DNA of 64,000 nt, taken from assembly GCA_963747275.1 (NCBI GenBank), contig CAVVEI010000015.1, positions 1,604 through 65,603 on the forward strand, given 5' to 3'. Below, in pieces: positions 1-10,530 of the stretch. Position 1 is the first letter of the stretch. The number at the start of each line of letters is the position of its first letter. This stretch comes from an uncultured Actinomycetes bacterium. Lineage in GTDB: Bacteria > Actinomycetota > Thermoleophilia > RBG-16-64-13. Made by a program: the position numbers and the translations under genes. The notes below the pieces were generated by a model, which saw nothing but the letters and a program-made list of their open reading frames with translations, had not been told where the DNA came from and did no database searches.

Positions 1-561
1 AGGCCCCGTCGCATCATCTTCTTCGGCGCATGTGCGCGCTTCCCCTCCGGCGGTCGCGCCTCCATTCCCATCAAGAAATTGGTGGCGCAGCTGGCATGCC
101 GGTGTCCAACATTCATGACACCACAGCCATACAGTTCCGCCTCGTGCCTGGTGTGTGGGCGGCCCACGCGGGGCGGCGGCGATGAGTTCGGGCACAGAAA
201 CAGGGTTTGCCGGAACGAGGACTGCGCTCTCGCTCAGGCGGCGGAGGGGGGGGTTGCTGTCATCGACCGCGACACCAATGCGCGTGCCAACCTCGGCATG
301 CGCGGCGTCTATGCCACGTGCGGCGTTGATGACATCATCCCGGGGTATGTCCCGGCGGATCAAGAAGAGGAGGAGGACACCGAAGAGGAGGAAAGCGACG
401 AGGAGGACGACGATGAGGAGGACGGCGACGAGGAAGACGACGAGGAGGAGGATGGCGAGGAGGGCGGCGACGGCGACGAGGGCGGTGATGGGGGGGGCCT
501 GTCGATGACGGAGAGGGCGGTGGTGACGAGGAGGGGGTCGACGAGGAGGGGGATGCCATAA
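1..561 (+). CDS. TnpB/Fanzor-like RNA-guided endonuclease, C-terminal part (5' end lies outside the window), with a poly-acidic tail
   Basis: Frame 1 is open from nt 1, so the listed 79..561 ORF is only the tail of a longer gene. The translation reads ..IIFFGACARFPSGGRASIPIKKLVAQL..FMTPQPYSSASCLVCGRPTRGGGDEFGHRNRVCRNEDC..VIDRDTNARANLG. This fits the TnpB/Fanzor C-terminal layout: a Y-[ST]-S-x-x-C motif, a CxxC..CxxxxC zinc ribbon, and a D-R-D-x-N-A-x-x-N RuvC-III motif. It is followed by a ~45-aa Asp/Glu/Gly tail. Confidence 0.55.
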   Translation, partial: RPRRIIFFGACARFPSGGRASIPIKKLVAQLACRCPTFMTPQPYSSASCLVCGRPTRGGGDEFGHRNRVCRNEDCALAQAAEGGVAVIDRDTNARANLGMRGVYATCGVDDIIPGYVPADQEEEEDTEEEESDEEDDDEEDGDEEDDEEEDGEEGGDGDEGGDGGGLSMTERAVVTRRGSTRRGMP

Positions 562-594
562 TGGCATGAGGGGCAGTATTGAGGTTATGCAGCC

Positions 595-646
595 GGGGCG
601 GGGGGAGGGGGAAGGGGGGTAGGGGGGGGGGGACAGGCACGGGGGG
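595..646 (+). repeat. G-run tract (G4-capable), including an 11-G homopolymer
   Basis: Sequence is ggggcgggggggagggggaaggggggtagggggggggggacaggcacgggggg, read directly. It has at least five runs of G4 or longer separated by 1-8 nt. Confidence 0.7.
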
Positions 647-780
647 TTCGTCACGCGGTGTGCGGGACTGCTGCAGCAGTACATATCACCAGCCACAGTT
701 GCAAAAGCAGCAGACACAGGGTAGAAGTAGTGTACATCCTGCATTTGTGTTTGCAGGCGGGCGGGCAGTAGCACAATGCT

Positions 781-2094
781 CTACCCCCGCCAGAATTCTG
801 GGCTGGTGTGCCTTCGGGCCTTGGTCAACCAAGGAAACCTGGAGAGCAAGCCTGCCACGTGCTGCAGCTTGCCGCGCGTCTCGGCGAGGTCGGGCGGGAG
901 GTTGCGCGCGGCGGTCGCAAGCTCCAGGCCGGCCGCAGTGAGCGATTGCAGCAGGCCATCATGAAGCTCCAGCGCCGTTCTCATCCTCTGGTCTCTCACT
1001 GCTGCGTCACGAAGGCGATCTACGGCGCGTACCGAACCCATACGGGCGAGAAGCTCGCCTGCGATGATCTCGGCGGTGAAGAGGGAGTCGACCACCGCGG
1101 CGGGATGCTCCAAGAAGAACAGGCGCCCTTTGAACTCGGTGCCGGCCAGCGGCACCGACACAGCGTCGGTCACCGAGAATTCAGAGCGCAATTGAGGGTC
1201 TAGGCCCTCTCCCGCGAGCGACCGGATCTCCTCCGTCTTTGGCCAAGACGATCACGCCTGGGCGTGAGAAACATATGAACCCTACATCGGCCAGATCAGG
1301 GGTGACCAGGTCGCCGAAGGTGTCGGGCGGCGGCGGGTAAGCGTGACTCCGGCCGAGTCGCTGTATGCGATGAACCTGTAGGGTTCCTCTGCCTGATCCC
1401 ACACGAGCAGACCGCGCCGAGCTCCGATGATCGCGACGGCTTCTGGGAGCGAGACCTCAAGCAGCGAGGGTATGTCAGTGTGGCTCGAGCGCCTCCAATT
1501 GGCAAGCCGCTCAAGCTCACCGCGCACGGCGCGCTCGAAGCGCTCGAACTGGGTCAGGAGGACTGCCACTATGCCCAAGTAAGCCGCCCTGACAACGAAG
1601 CGGCTGAGCTGGAACTCCGGATCGCCCAGCCATCTGGAGGTGAGGAAGCCAAGAGCCAAGAAGGCCAGGATCGAGCCGGCTGCGGTGGCGATGGTGCCCC
1701 GAGTGCGCCAGCGGAGAGTCGCGACCACCATGGCAAACACGAAGTAGACGTAGAACGGGCTGGTAGACCCCTCGGTGAAGTACATGATCACTACGAACAT
1801 GGCGAGATCGATCACGTGGGTTCCGAGCTGTATCCCCCTGAGCGGGCGATGAACGCGCCAGACTGTGATCCCCAAGACCAGGGCGTAGAGCAGGTAGGTG
1901 CCCAGCAGAGCGTAGGCGGTATTCTGATAGCGTCCCGGCTGGGTCTGGTCGAGGTAGATGGTGAGCAAGGAGAGCGCCGCTAGTACGAGGCGGGCAAGCG
2001 CGACAACGCGCTCGGTACGTTCTCGGTATGGGTAGTGGAGCGCCAATCTCTCTCCAGACGCAGAGAAGCCGTGCGTGTCCGGGCAGTGTAGCAC
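781..2094 (-). pseudogene. Sensor histidine kinase (polytopic membrane N-terminus, GAF-like region, HisKA_3 dimerisation domain), frameshifted and lacking the HATPase domain
   Basis: ORF 1282..2094 has hydrophobic TM segments. ORF 781..1191 carries QRMRTALELHDGLLQSLTAAGLEL, a HisKA_3 H-box. The frames are broken around 1190-1400. After ..KLQHVAGLL (about nt 843) the sequence no longer looks like a kinase, and no N/G1/G2 boxes follow. Confidence 0.6.
819..834 (+). other. Perfect 6-bp stem / 4-nt loop hairpin (ccttgg tcaa ccaagg) at the putative element end
   Basis: Read directly. It sits immediately before the point where kinase homology begins on the opposite strand. Confidence 0.4.
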
Positions 2095-2132
2095 TGGTCA
2101 TCCGCGCAGGAGCGGCTTGGGGCCCCGTTGTT

Positions 2133-3404
2133 CTACAGAGTGGTCTGCGAGTCGGCCACGGCTATCTGGGGGTCCAGCGCCGGCGCCAACTTGGCCTCGT
2201 CCAGCGCCACGCGGGCAGCGGTCCGCTGGGCCTGCGGATCTAGGCGCCGCGTCACGAACACGGTGACCAGGGCGACTCCACAGGCTATAAAGAAGGGGAC
2301 CTCGTAGCCGACGAAGTGCAGTATGAACCCGGCCGCCACCGGCACCACCACGGCTGTGGCGTGCAGTATGGTGACTCCCATGGCCAGGCTGGGAGCGACG
2401 TCTTGGGGCACGGCGATCTTGCGCAGGTAGATGCTGGCTCCCATGCCCGAGAAGATGGCTACGAACGAGTAGAGCACGTAGAACACACAGGCCAGATAGA
2501 CGCTATTGGCCAGCGCATAGCCGCCCAGAGCGAAGATGTAGCCCACGTTTATGGCCTGCAGCACGCGGCGCTCACCCACGCGGTCGATGAGCTTGCCCAC
2601 ATACGATGAAGAGAAGATGGTGACGAACGTCACCGTCATCAGGATGACCGATAGCTGAGCCACACCGAGCTCGAACCGATGTACCAGCACCCACAGACCA
2701 AAAGAGAAGAAGATCTGTTGGCGCACCCCGTCCAGCAGGTTGAGCCAGTAGAAGTACTTGTAGTCTTTGCGCCAGACCATGCGCTCTCGTTTGGGCGCCA
2801 CTTTGCGCAGTTCGCCCTCGTGCAGATGGGGGAAGCGGAAGATGGCCATCGCGCCCACCACTCCGGCGAGGCCCGCGATCATGAAGGTGAGCTCATAAGA
2901 CAGGAGCTGGAAGTGGAAGATGAAGAACACCGCCACAAGCGCGGCGAAGGTGCCGGCCTGGCCGTAGCCGGTAAGGCGGCCAAGGGTGCGGCCTACTCTG
3001 TCTTGCTTGGTGAGGGTCATGCCGAGTGAGTACTGGGTCTGGAGTATGGTGTGCATGCCGAAGCTGCTTATGAGTATCCAAGGGATCATCGTCGCGAAAC
3101 GGTTGGCGGTACCCATGAACCCGTACCCCACGGCCATCAGGAGCATGGCTCCTACCGTCAGCCACTGCAGTGAGACTCGGTAGAGCAGGGCCATGAGTAG
3201 TATGAGAAGCAGGCCGCCGACTTCGCGCACGGCAGTCATATAGCCGAACTGCGGGCCTCCGAAGTGCAGCACGTTCTCGAAGTAGTTGGTTATTATCCCG
3301 TTGCTGAGGCTGTTGGCCACGCCCACCGTCACCTGCATAGTGGCGAGCATGATGAAGCCGCGGGATGCCGGGTTCTTCCAGGATTCGCGTAGGCGCTCGA
3401 TCAT
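2133..3404 (-). CDS. MFS-type transporter
   Basis: Intact 423-aa ORF with about 12 hydrophobic segments and MFS-like loop spacing. Confidence 0.6.
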   Translation of the reverse strand: MIERLRESWKNPASRGFIMLATMQVTVGVANSLSNGIITNYFENVLHFGGPQFGYMTAVREVGGLLLILLMALLYRVSLQWLTVGAMLLMAVGYGFMGTANRFATMIPWILISSFGMHTILQTQYSLGMTLTKQDRVGRTLGRLTGYGQAGTFAALVAVFFIFHFQLLSYELTFMIAGLAGVVGAMAIFRFPHLHEGELRKVAPKRERMVWRKDYKYFYWLNLLDGVRQQIFFSFGLWVLVHRFELGVAQLSVILMTVTFVTIFSSSYVGKLIDRVGERRVLQAINVGYIFALGGYALANSVYLACVFYVLYSFVAIFSGMGASIYLRKIAVPQDVAPSLAMGVTILHATAVVVPVAAGFILHFVGYEVPFFIACGVALVTVFVTRRLDPQAQRTAARVALDEAKLAPALDPQIAVADSQTTL

Positions 3405-3520
3405 CGGGCCGCTACCGTGGCGGCTTCAGTATCTATACTTAGGCATATTGGGAAGTATCTTAGGCAGGCAGCGTGGGAAGATGCAAGTGTGAGAGCTAGA
3501 GTCGCGACTTAGGAGGGGCC

Positions 3521-4069
3521 ATGGACTGGGAGAGCATCGTCTTGCTGGTGATAATCGCTCTGGGGGGAGTGGCGGTAGTAGGCAGCTACGTGGTGGGGCT
3601 CAGGGCCAAGGCCGGGGGCTCACAGGCTTTGTGGGGCGGGGTGCCCACCAAGGTGCGGCCCATGTACGGAGTCTCGATGATCCTATCGGCCATCGGGTTC
3701 TTGGCGGTGCTCTACTACCTGTTCCTGGTGTTGGAGCCGGCGGAGGTAGTCATAGCTGGAAGTCTCGGCTTCAACATCTACTTTCCGATCTTCATACTGA
3801 TCCTTGCGCCCTCAACGCTGTGGCTGCGGCTGAGCAAGGCCTACCTGAACAAGCCCGGGCTGGGCAGGTGGATCGCCGTGCGGTTGGTGCTCTTTGTGGT
3901 GGGGCTTGCCTCTATCGCCCTTGCGTGGACGTTCTTTGCGCTGGAAGGGGAGCAGAGTGGGGTGGCGTACTGGTTCGCCACGGCGGGCAGCTGCTACTTC
4001 GCCTTTCACACTTTCGTCCTGGATGCGCTGCTCTGGGCGGCGCTGTTCAGGCGGCCCCTGGAGGGCTGA
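3521..4069 (+). CDS. Hypothetical integral membrane protein
   Basis: Intact 182-aa ORF with 5-6 hydrophobic helices and a GGAGG-like RBS upstream (aggagggg). Confidence 0.5.
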   Translation: MDWESIVLLVIIALGGVAVVGSYVVGLRAKAGGSQALWGGVPTKVRPMYGVSMILSAIGFLAVLYYLFLVLEPAEVVIAGSLGFNIYFPIFILILAPSTLWLRLSKAYLNKPGLGRWIAVRLVLFVVGLASIALAWTFFALEGEQSGVAYWFATAGSCYFAFHTFVLDALLWAALFRRPLEG

Positions 4070-4167
4070 GCGCCAGAACCGGCGCGTATGCTAAAGCTCG
4101 ACTTGAGGTAGAGAGTAGCTGAGATCACACTGGTTGGGCGGAGCAGAAGCCGCTATGCTGCCCAGTT

Positions 4168-5745
4168 ATGAACAGTGACCAAGCCAGCGGCCATCGCGTC
4201 CTGCTGCAGTCTATCGCTCACAGAGCGATGTTGGAGCGAGGGATGCTGCCTGAGTTCTCGCCCGCCGCGCTGGCCGAGTTGCAGACTATCCAGGCGCAGG
4301 CAGCCCGGGGTGGGCCGGGCGCCACCGCGGAGGCTGGCGTAGCGGGCGGCGGCCAGGACGGCGCTGAGGGTGGCGCACAGGGCGCGACGCGCGACCTCAC
4401 CGAGCTGCTGTGGTGCTCTATAGACAACGACGACTCCCTGGACCTAGACCAGCTTACCGTCGCCCGGCAGCGGGCCGACGGCAAGATAGACATCCTGGTG
4501 GCGGTGGCCGATGTCGACTCGCTCGTGGTGAGCGGTGCGGCCATAGACCAGCATGCCGGCCACAACACCACCTCGGTGTACACGGCGGCGCAGGTATTCC
4601 CCATGTTGCCCGAAGCGCTCTCCACAGGGCTCACGTCGCTTAACGAGGCCCAAGAGCGGCGGGCCGTGGTGGTAGAAATGGTGGCAAATGGCGACGGCTC
4701 GCTGGGCGACTCGGCCATCTACAGGGCCAGAGTGCGCAACCACGCCAAGTTGGCTTACGGTGCAGTGGCCGCCTGGCTTGAGGGCACCGGCGCCGAGCCC
4801 CGGGCGCTGGCCGCGGTGCCGGGGCTGGCCGACAACCTGCGGCTGCAAGACAAGGTGGCTCAGCGCCTCAAGGCCTATATGCAGACTCTGGGAGCCCTGA
4901 CCCTGGAGACTACCCAAGCCGTGGTCACCTTTGCCGGCGAGAGCGTCAGTGACCTTAGTGCTGAGGGCAAGAACCGGGCCAAGGAGATAATCAGCGGGTT
5001 CATGATCTCTGCGAACGGCTCTACGGCGAGGTTCCTGGCGGGCCAAGGTTATCCCTCTATCCGCAGGGTGGTGCGCGCTCCCGCCCGGTGGGACCGCATA
5101 GCGCAGTTGGCCGCCGAGCACGGGGCCGCGCTGCCTGCGCAGCCTGACTCGCAAGCTCTGGAGGAGTTCCTCAGGGCGGCCAAGGCCGCCGATCCGCTGC
5201 GTTTTCCGGACCTGTCGCTTGCCGTGGTGAAGCTGCTGGGGCCTGGCGAGTACGTGGCCGAGGCTGTGGAGGGTGTCCCACCGGGGCACTTCGGGCTGGC
5301 GGTGAAAGACTACGGTCACTCCACAGCGCCCAACCGGCGTTACACCGACCTCATCACCCAGCGGCTGCTCAAGGCGGCGCTGCAGGGGGCCGCCTCGCCC
5401 TACGACCTCGACGAGCTGGGCGGGCTGGCAGAGCGCTGCACGCAGATGGAAGACGCCGCCAACAAGGTGGAGCGGCAGGTGGGCAAGGCCGCGGCCGCAC
5501 TCTTCATACGCGACAAGGTGGGTGAGGAGTTCGACGCGCTGGTCACCGGCGCTGCCGCCAAGGGTACCTGGGTGCGTCTGCTGGCCCTGCCGGTAGAGGG
5601 CAGGCTGGTGGAGGGCACGCGCGGGCTGGATGTAGGCGACCGGCTGCGGGTACGCCTGCTAAGAGTGGACGTGGAGCGAGGCTACATAGACTTTGCGCGC
5701 GCGGCTGCGCCCGCCGGGCGGGCCGGGCCGCGCCCCCTAGGCTAG
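4168..5745 (+). CDS. RNB-domain ribonuclease (RNase II/R family)
   Basis: IDNDDSLDLDQL and HFGLAVKDYGHSTAPNRRYTDLITQRLL match the RNB catalytic motifs (DD..D and H.GL..Y.H.T.P.RRY.DL). Confidence 0.8.
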   Translation: MNSDQASGHRVLLQSIAHRAMLERGMLPEFSPAALAELQTIQAQAARGGPGATAEAGVAGGGQDGAEGGAQGATRDLTELLWCSIDNDDSLDLDQLTVARQRADGKIDILVAVADVDSLVVSGAAIDQHAGHNTTSVYTAAQVFPMLPEALSTGLTSLNEAQERRAVVVEMVANGDGSLGDSAIYRARVRNHAKLAYGAVAAWLEGTGAEPRALAAVPGLADNLRLQDKVAQRLKAYMQTLGALTLETTQAVVTFAGESVSDLSAEGKNRAKEIISGFMISANGSTARFLAGQGYPSIRRVVRAPARWDRIAQLAAEHGAALPAQPDSQALEEFLRAAKAADPLRFPDLSLAVVKLLGPGEYVAEAVEGVPPGHFGLAVKDYGHSTAPNRRYTDLITQRLLKAALQGAASPYDLDELGGLAERCTQMEDAANKVERQVGKAAAALFIRDKVGEEFDALVTGAAAKGTWVRLLALPVEGRLVEGTRGLDVGDRLRVRLLRVDVERGYIDFARAAAPAGRAGPRPLG

Positions 5746-5789
5746 CCCCGTCTGCGGGCAGCAGCCCGCAGCCCTGGTAACATACCCGC

Positions 5790-7596
5790 ATGCCCGAAGA
5801 GGATTATCCGAGATACCTCTACAGCTACGACAGCCAGAGGCGCCGGCGTAAGAAGCGCAAGGTATTCTTCCGCAGGTTCATGGCCCTGGCGCTCTTCTGC
5901 TGCTTTGTAGTGGCGACGGTGCTGGTGGTAAGGGCGATAGCCTTTCCGCATGTGCCGGGCGCCGACTCGGGCGAGCCCACCACCACTACCGAGCCCATGC
6001 TCAACATGACGGTGGCCCCCATCGCCTCGACCACACCGGCGGCCTTCAACTTCACCACCGAAGTGTTTCGAGGTATCACCAAGCTTCCTACTTACAAGCG
6101 CGATCCGGGCATATCGTTCGGCTCGGGTAAGAACTACACCGATCTAGAAGGCATCATCACCTTCAGGGGCAACAACTATCGCGAGGGGTCCAGCTACGGC
6201 ACGGCCGTGGTAGACACGGCGGAGCTGGAGATCACCTGGCAGGTGACCACAGGGTCTGTGGAGCGCAGCGAGACTGCTGGCCCCGGCATCTGGGAGGGTA
6301 GTGGTTGGACCGGCCAACCCCTCGTGGTCAAGTGGCCCGAAGACGTGAAGCAGAAGATGAACATAGACGTCGTCAAGAAGGCCGCCCCTGACCTGGTGGA
6401 GGTCATCTATCCGTGTCTCGACGGCAAGATCTACTTCTTAGACCTCAAAGACGGTTCGCGCACCCGGCGGGTGATCGACACCAAAGGTGGAGCTATCAAG
6501 GGGACGGCCAGCATATACCCCGACGGCACTCCGCTACTCTTCGTGGGTCAAGGCGACGCTTTACCTGCCAGCCAACCCCGAAGGAGTGGTGAAGTACCGC
6601 ATCTACAGCCTGGTGACCAGAAGCTGCTACACACCTTTGGCACCGACGACCCGGTGGCCTACCGCAAGGCTTGGCAGGCGTACGACTGCCAGCGCCCTCA
6701 TAGACGTCGAGACCGACACCCTCATAGAACCCGGCGAGAACGGGCTTCTCTATACGGTCAAGCTGAACACCAAGTGGGACAAGGCGGCCGGCACGCTGTC
6801 GATAGACCCGGACGAGCCTGTGAAGATGCGCTACACCACGCCGGAGTACGGTGACGGCCCCGAACCAGGCAACTCGCGCACCAATCGCTGGTGGGGCATA
6901 GAGACCTCGCCGGCCGCGTGGCGCAACTACCTGTATGTGGGCGACAACGGTGGCAGACTCATGTGTATAGACCTCAACACCATGACCACGGTGTGGGTGC
7001 AGGACATCGTCGACGACACCAACTCGTCGCCCCTGTTCGAGGAATCGGTCGCCGACGGCACGGGCTACATCTACATCGCTCCGTCGCTCCATATAACCGG
7101 CTCGGGGAATCCCCCGGGCGGGCAGATATCCATAATGAAGATCAACGCAGCCACGGGTGAGAAGGTCTGGAGCTCCCAGGAGTATGAGTGCTACTCAAGG
7201 TCTGGCATCTCGGGGGGCGTGCAGGGCACCGGGCTGCTGGGCCAGGGCGATATCTCGAACCTGGTCATCTACCCGGTGGCAGGGTCGCCGGCCGTGGCCC
7301 CGGGCCTACTGGTGGCGCTCGACAAGGCGACGGGCAACGAGGTGTGGCGCTTCACCATGGGCAACTATGCCTGGAGCTCGCCGGTGGCCGTGTATACGGC
7401 TGAGGGCAAGTCGTACATAGTAATCTGCGACAGCGTGGGCACGGTCTACTTGCTGGAGGGCGCCACCGGCCTGAAGATGTCCGATGTGCCCACCAGCACC
7501 CAAGAGCGCGCTATCGAGGCCACTCCCGTGGTGTACAACAACACCATAGTCATAGGCACCAAGGGCAAGAGGATCTACGGCATAACCATCAAGTGA
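5790..7596 (+). CDS. Membrane-anchored PQQ-like / BamB-like beta-propeller repeat protein, frameshifted
   Basis: N-terminal basic stretch plus a TM segment. The C-terminal half has repeated ..G.l.alD..TG...W.. propeller blades (LMCIDLNTMTTVW, LVALDKATGNEVW). Conserved sequence alternates between the frames of ORFs 5790..6854 and 6487..7596 around 6540-6700. Confidence 0.6.
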
Positions 7597-7635
7597 CGCT
7601 GGGCGCCGCGGGTGGCGTACCCGGCGCAGGCGGAG

Positions 7636-9151
7636 CTACCCCAGAACCAGAGTGTGGGTGGCAAACTGCGGGTCGCTGGTGGCTTTGAGTCCCAGCCGAC
7701 GCAGGCCCGCTTCGTCGCCCGCCGTGGGTAGGTGAGTGGTGTGGAACTCGCAGCCCGACAGCTGGGTGAGGTGCGCTACCGCCTTCTGCGTAGCAGGGTT
7801 GGTGGTCGCGCTTATGGCAAGAGCGATGAGCATCTCGTCCAAGTCGAGGCTGGCCGACTTGAGGTTGAGTATGTCCTTCTTCATGGCGGCTATCGACTCG
7901 ATCACGTTGGGCGTGAGTAGCGGGAGGTCGTCAGGGATGCCGGACAGCTGCTTTACGGCGTTCAAGACCGCCGCCGAAGCGGCGTGCATGAGGGGGGAGT
8001 TCTTACCGGCGACTATCTGGCCACCGGGCAGCGCTAGAGCTGCTCCGCAGAAGACCCCGTTGTTGCCCTTACCCAGGGCCTCTCCCTCGGCAGCCGCCTG
8101 GCGCGCAGGGAGCACTACCGCCCGCAGCTCTTCGTTCAGGCCGAGGTCCTTCATTATGAGTTCGGCTCTCTCGGCGTCGTCATGGTCGACCAAGCCCAGA
8201 GCGTACTCGCAGGCGTAGCGGAAGTACCGGCGGATGACCTCCTGCTCGGCTGCAGCACGCACCACAGCATCGTCTACGATGGCGAATCCGGCTCGGTTTA
8301 CCCCCATGTCGGTGGGCGAGAGGTAGAGGCCTCCCACGCCTATGCGTTCGAGGATACGGGCGACCAGGGGGAAGGCTTCTATGTCGCGGTTGTAGTTGAC
8401 CGCCTGCTCGCCGTGGGCCGCCAGGTGAAAGGGGTCTATCTGGTTGACGTCGCGTAGCTCTACGGTGGCGGCTTCGTAGGCGACGTTCACGGGGTGCTTG
8501 AGCGGCAGGTTCCAGATGGGAAAGGTCTCGAACTTGGCGTATCCGGTCGCATTGCCGCGTTGGTGCTCGTGATACACCTGCGAGAGGCAGGTGGCCAGCT
8601 TGCCGCTGCCGGGCCCTGGGCCTGCGACTATCACCACCGGGCGTTCGGTGGCGATGTATTCGTTGGCGCCGTAGCCCTCGCTACTCACTATGCGGTCGAC
8701 ATCGGTGGGGTACCCGCGGGTAAGACCGTGGGTGTACACGGGTAGACCGCGACGTTCGAGCCGGGCTCTGAACACGCGGGCGGAGGGCTGGTCTTCGAAG
8801 CGGGTTATGACCACGGCCCGCACCAAGAGGCCCCACTCGCGCAGGTCGTCTATGAGCTTGAGGGCGTCTACGTCGTAGGGTATGCCGAAGTCGGCCCGCA
8901 CCTTGCGTCGCTCGATGGCTCCGGCGTAGATGCAGATTATGATCTCGGCCTGGCTCTTGAGCTTCTGCAGAAGGCGGATCTTCACGTTGGGGTCGTAGCC
9001 AGGCAGCACGCGGGCGGCGTGGTAGTCGAAGGCGATCTTGCCGCCGAACTCCAGGTAGAGCTTGCCGCCTATGCGCTCGGCGCGCTCCATGATGGCCCGG
9101 CTCTGCTCCTCGAGATACTTGCTCGTTGTCGAAGCCGGCGGTGTTCTTCAC
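7636..9151 (-). CDS. UPF0371 / DUF1846 family protein, one frameshift near the 5' end
   Basis: GKLYLEFGGKIAFDYHAARVLPGYDPNVKIRLL is typical of DUF1846. The N-terminus MKNTAGFDNE (start 9151) joins KYLEEQSRAIMERAE if the base at about 9121 is removed. Confidence 0.8.
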
Positions 9152-9162
9152 TTAAGGCGCCG

Positions 9163-10441
9163 CTACTGCCGCGGGGGTGCCGGCGCGTCTCTTGCTTCTG
9201 CGCTTCTTTTCGCCGACGAGACCATCTCTTTGCCGCCGGTAAGGAACATCGAGAGAACGGCGTGCTCTCGTAGGAGTCGAAGACGAGCAGCTTGACCATG
9301 AGGGTCAGCGGCACCGAGATAAGGGCGCCCACAGGCCCGAGTATCCACGCCCAGACGAGCAGGGAGAGAAAGACGGAGAGGGTGGTGAGGCCCACGCTCT
9401 TGCTCATGAAACGCGGGGCCAAGACGTTGTCGACGATGGTGTTCAGGACGAATATCACCCCGACCACCAGGATGGCTCTGGTGAAGCCCGACTCAAGTAG
9501 GGTGACGGTGAACGGGGGGATAAGCGAGAGGATGAAACCGAAGTTGGGGATGAAGCTGAGGACGAAGAACACCAGGCCCCACAGTAGGGCGAAGTCCACT
9601 CCGAAGGCGATAGTAGATGCCGGTGCTGGCCAGAGTGGCCAGTAGAGCCAGCCAGCCCTTGGTGAAGAGGTACGAGCGAGTGAAGTCGGTGAAGTCCTTG
9701 AAGCTCCGCTCGAACCTCTTCGAGAGGGACAATTGCGAGTAGGCCTTGCGGGGGAACGAGTAGACCTGAGCGATCATGAACAGGACGATCAGGAGAATAA
9801 GCACCACGTTGCTGAAGGCGTCTACTACGGAGCTCAGCACCGTAGACACCGAGCTGGTGATGCGGTCGACATCCACGTAGCTGGCGAAGAAGTCAGTCGT
9901 GTCGACGCCGTGACCGGCAAACCAAGTCTGTATGCCGTTGAGCATCTCGGTGAGTGCTGACCTGGTACTTGTTCAGGCTTTCGGTCAAGTCGGTAGCGTA
10001 CGAGGCCAGGATTCCGCCTAGCGCGGCGGCGAGGGCCAAGAAGAATATGAGCACCAGCGTGATGGCCAGCCAGCCCGGCACCTTCTTGCGGCGCATCCAG
10101 TCAAGCACGGGGCTTATGCCCATGACCACGAAGAGGGCCACCAGGATGGGGTTGATCACCCCGGCGGCGTAGCGCACGCCAAAGATGACTACCACCAGGC
10201 AGGCGAGAGTGAGCAGTGGCTGGGTAGGGTTGTCGCGCAGCTGACGCGTGCGCGCCCGGCCGCCCGCGGCGGGCGGCGCGTCGCCCATCAGCTCCTTGGT
10301 GAGGTCTACGGGGGGCTCTGCCTGCTTGGGCGAAGATCCTTCCGTCTCGTCGGGCGATTTGGGCGCGTCGTCTATCTGCTCTTCCTCCACCGGGATTGAT
10401 CTTCTAAATAGATACCATAATACATCAGGCCATATCGCCAC
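9163..10441 (-). CDS. AI-2E family transporter (PerM/UPF0118), frameshifted
   Basis: Three overlapping ORF pieces (9893..10441, 9493..9945, 9069..9599) together give the AI-2E topology. The conserved ..IPNFGFILSLIPP.. and LVWAWILGPVGALISVPLT motifs are present. Confidence 0.7.
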
Positions 10442-10530
10442 AGGCGCGGCACAAGTGGCCTTGTCAGGGTAGACTTGACCCGCGAGACCGTTGCGGGGGC
10501 GGTCTCCGGTGCGTGGTCAGGGGAGGGGCC

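Larger units (their letters stand above)
1..840 (+). mobile_element. Putative IS200/IS605-type (TnpB-carrying) element, right-hand portion; right end near 835-845
   Basis: The tnpB-like ORF is followed by ~280 nt of non-coding sequence rich in palindromes and hairpins (671-682, 738-756, 819-834). On the opposite strand, the histidine-kinase reading frame loses HisKA_3-like sequence at about nt 843 and has no ATPase domain. Confidence 0.4.

Noticed and set aside
1-561. Possibility that the Fanzor-like ORF with its acidic tail is eukaryotic or viral contamination or a chimeric join.
   Set aside because: Composition is continuous with the rest of the window. The flank runs directly into a bacterial histidine kinase, followed by operons and tRNAs. 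A chimeric assembly cannot be excluded without reads, so this is noted but not adopted.
155-640. ORFs 155..508 (+, Arg/Lys-rich) and 335..640 (-, Pro-rich) overlapping the acidic-tail region.
   Set aside because: Both are alternative-frame readings of the (GAN)n purine tract. Only the frame continuous with the zinc-ribbon/RuvC-III motifs has recognisable content.
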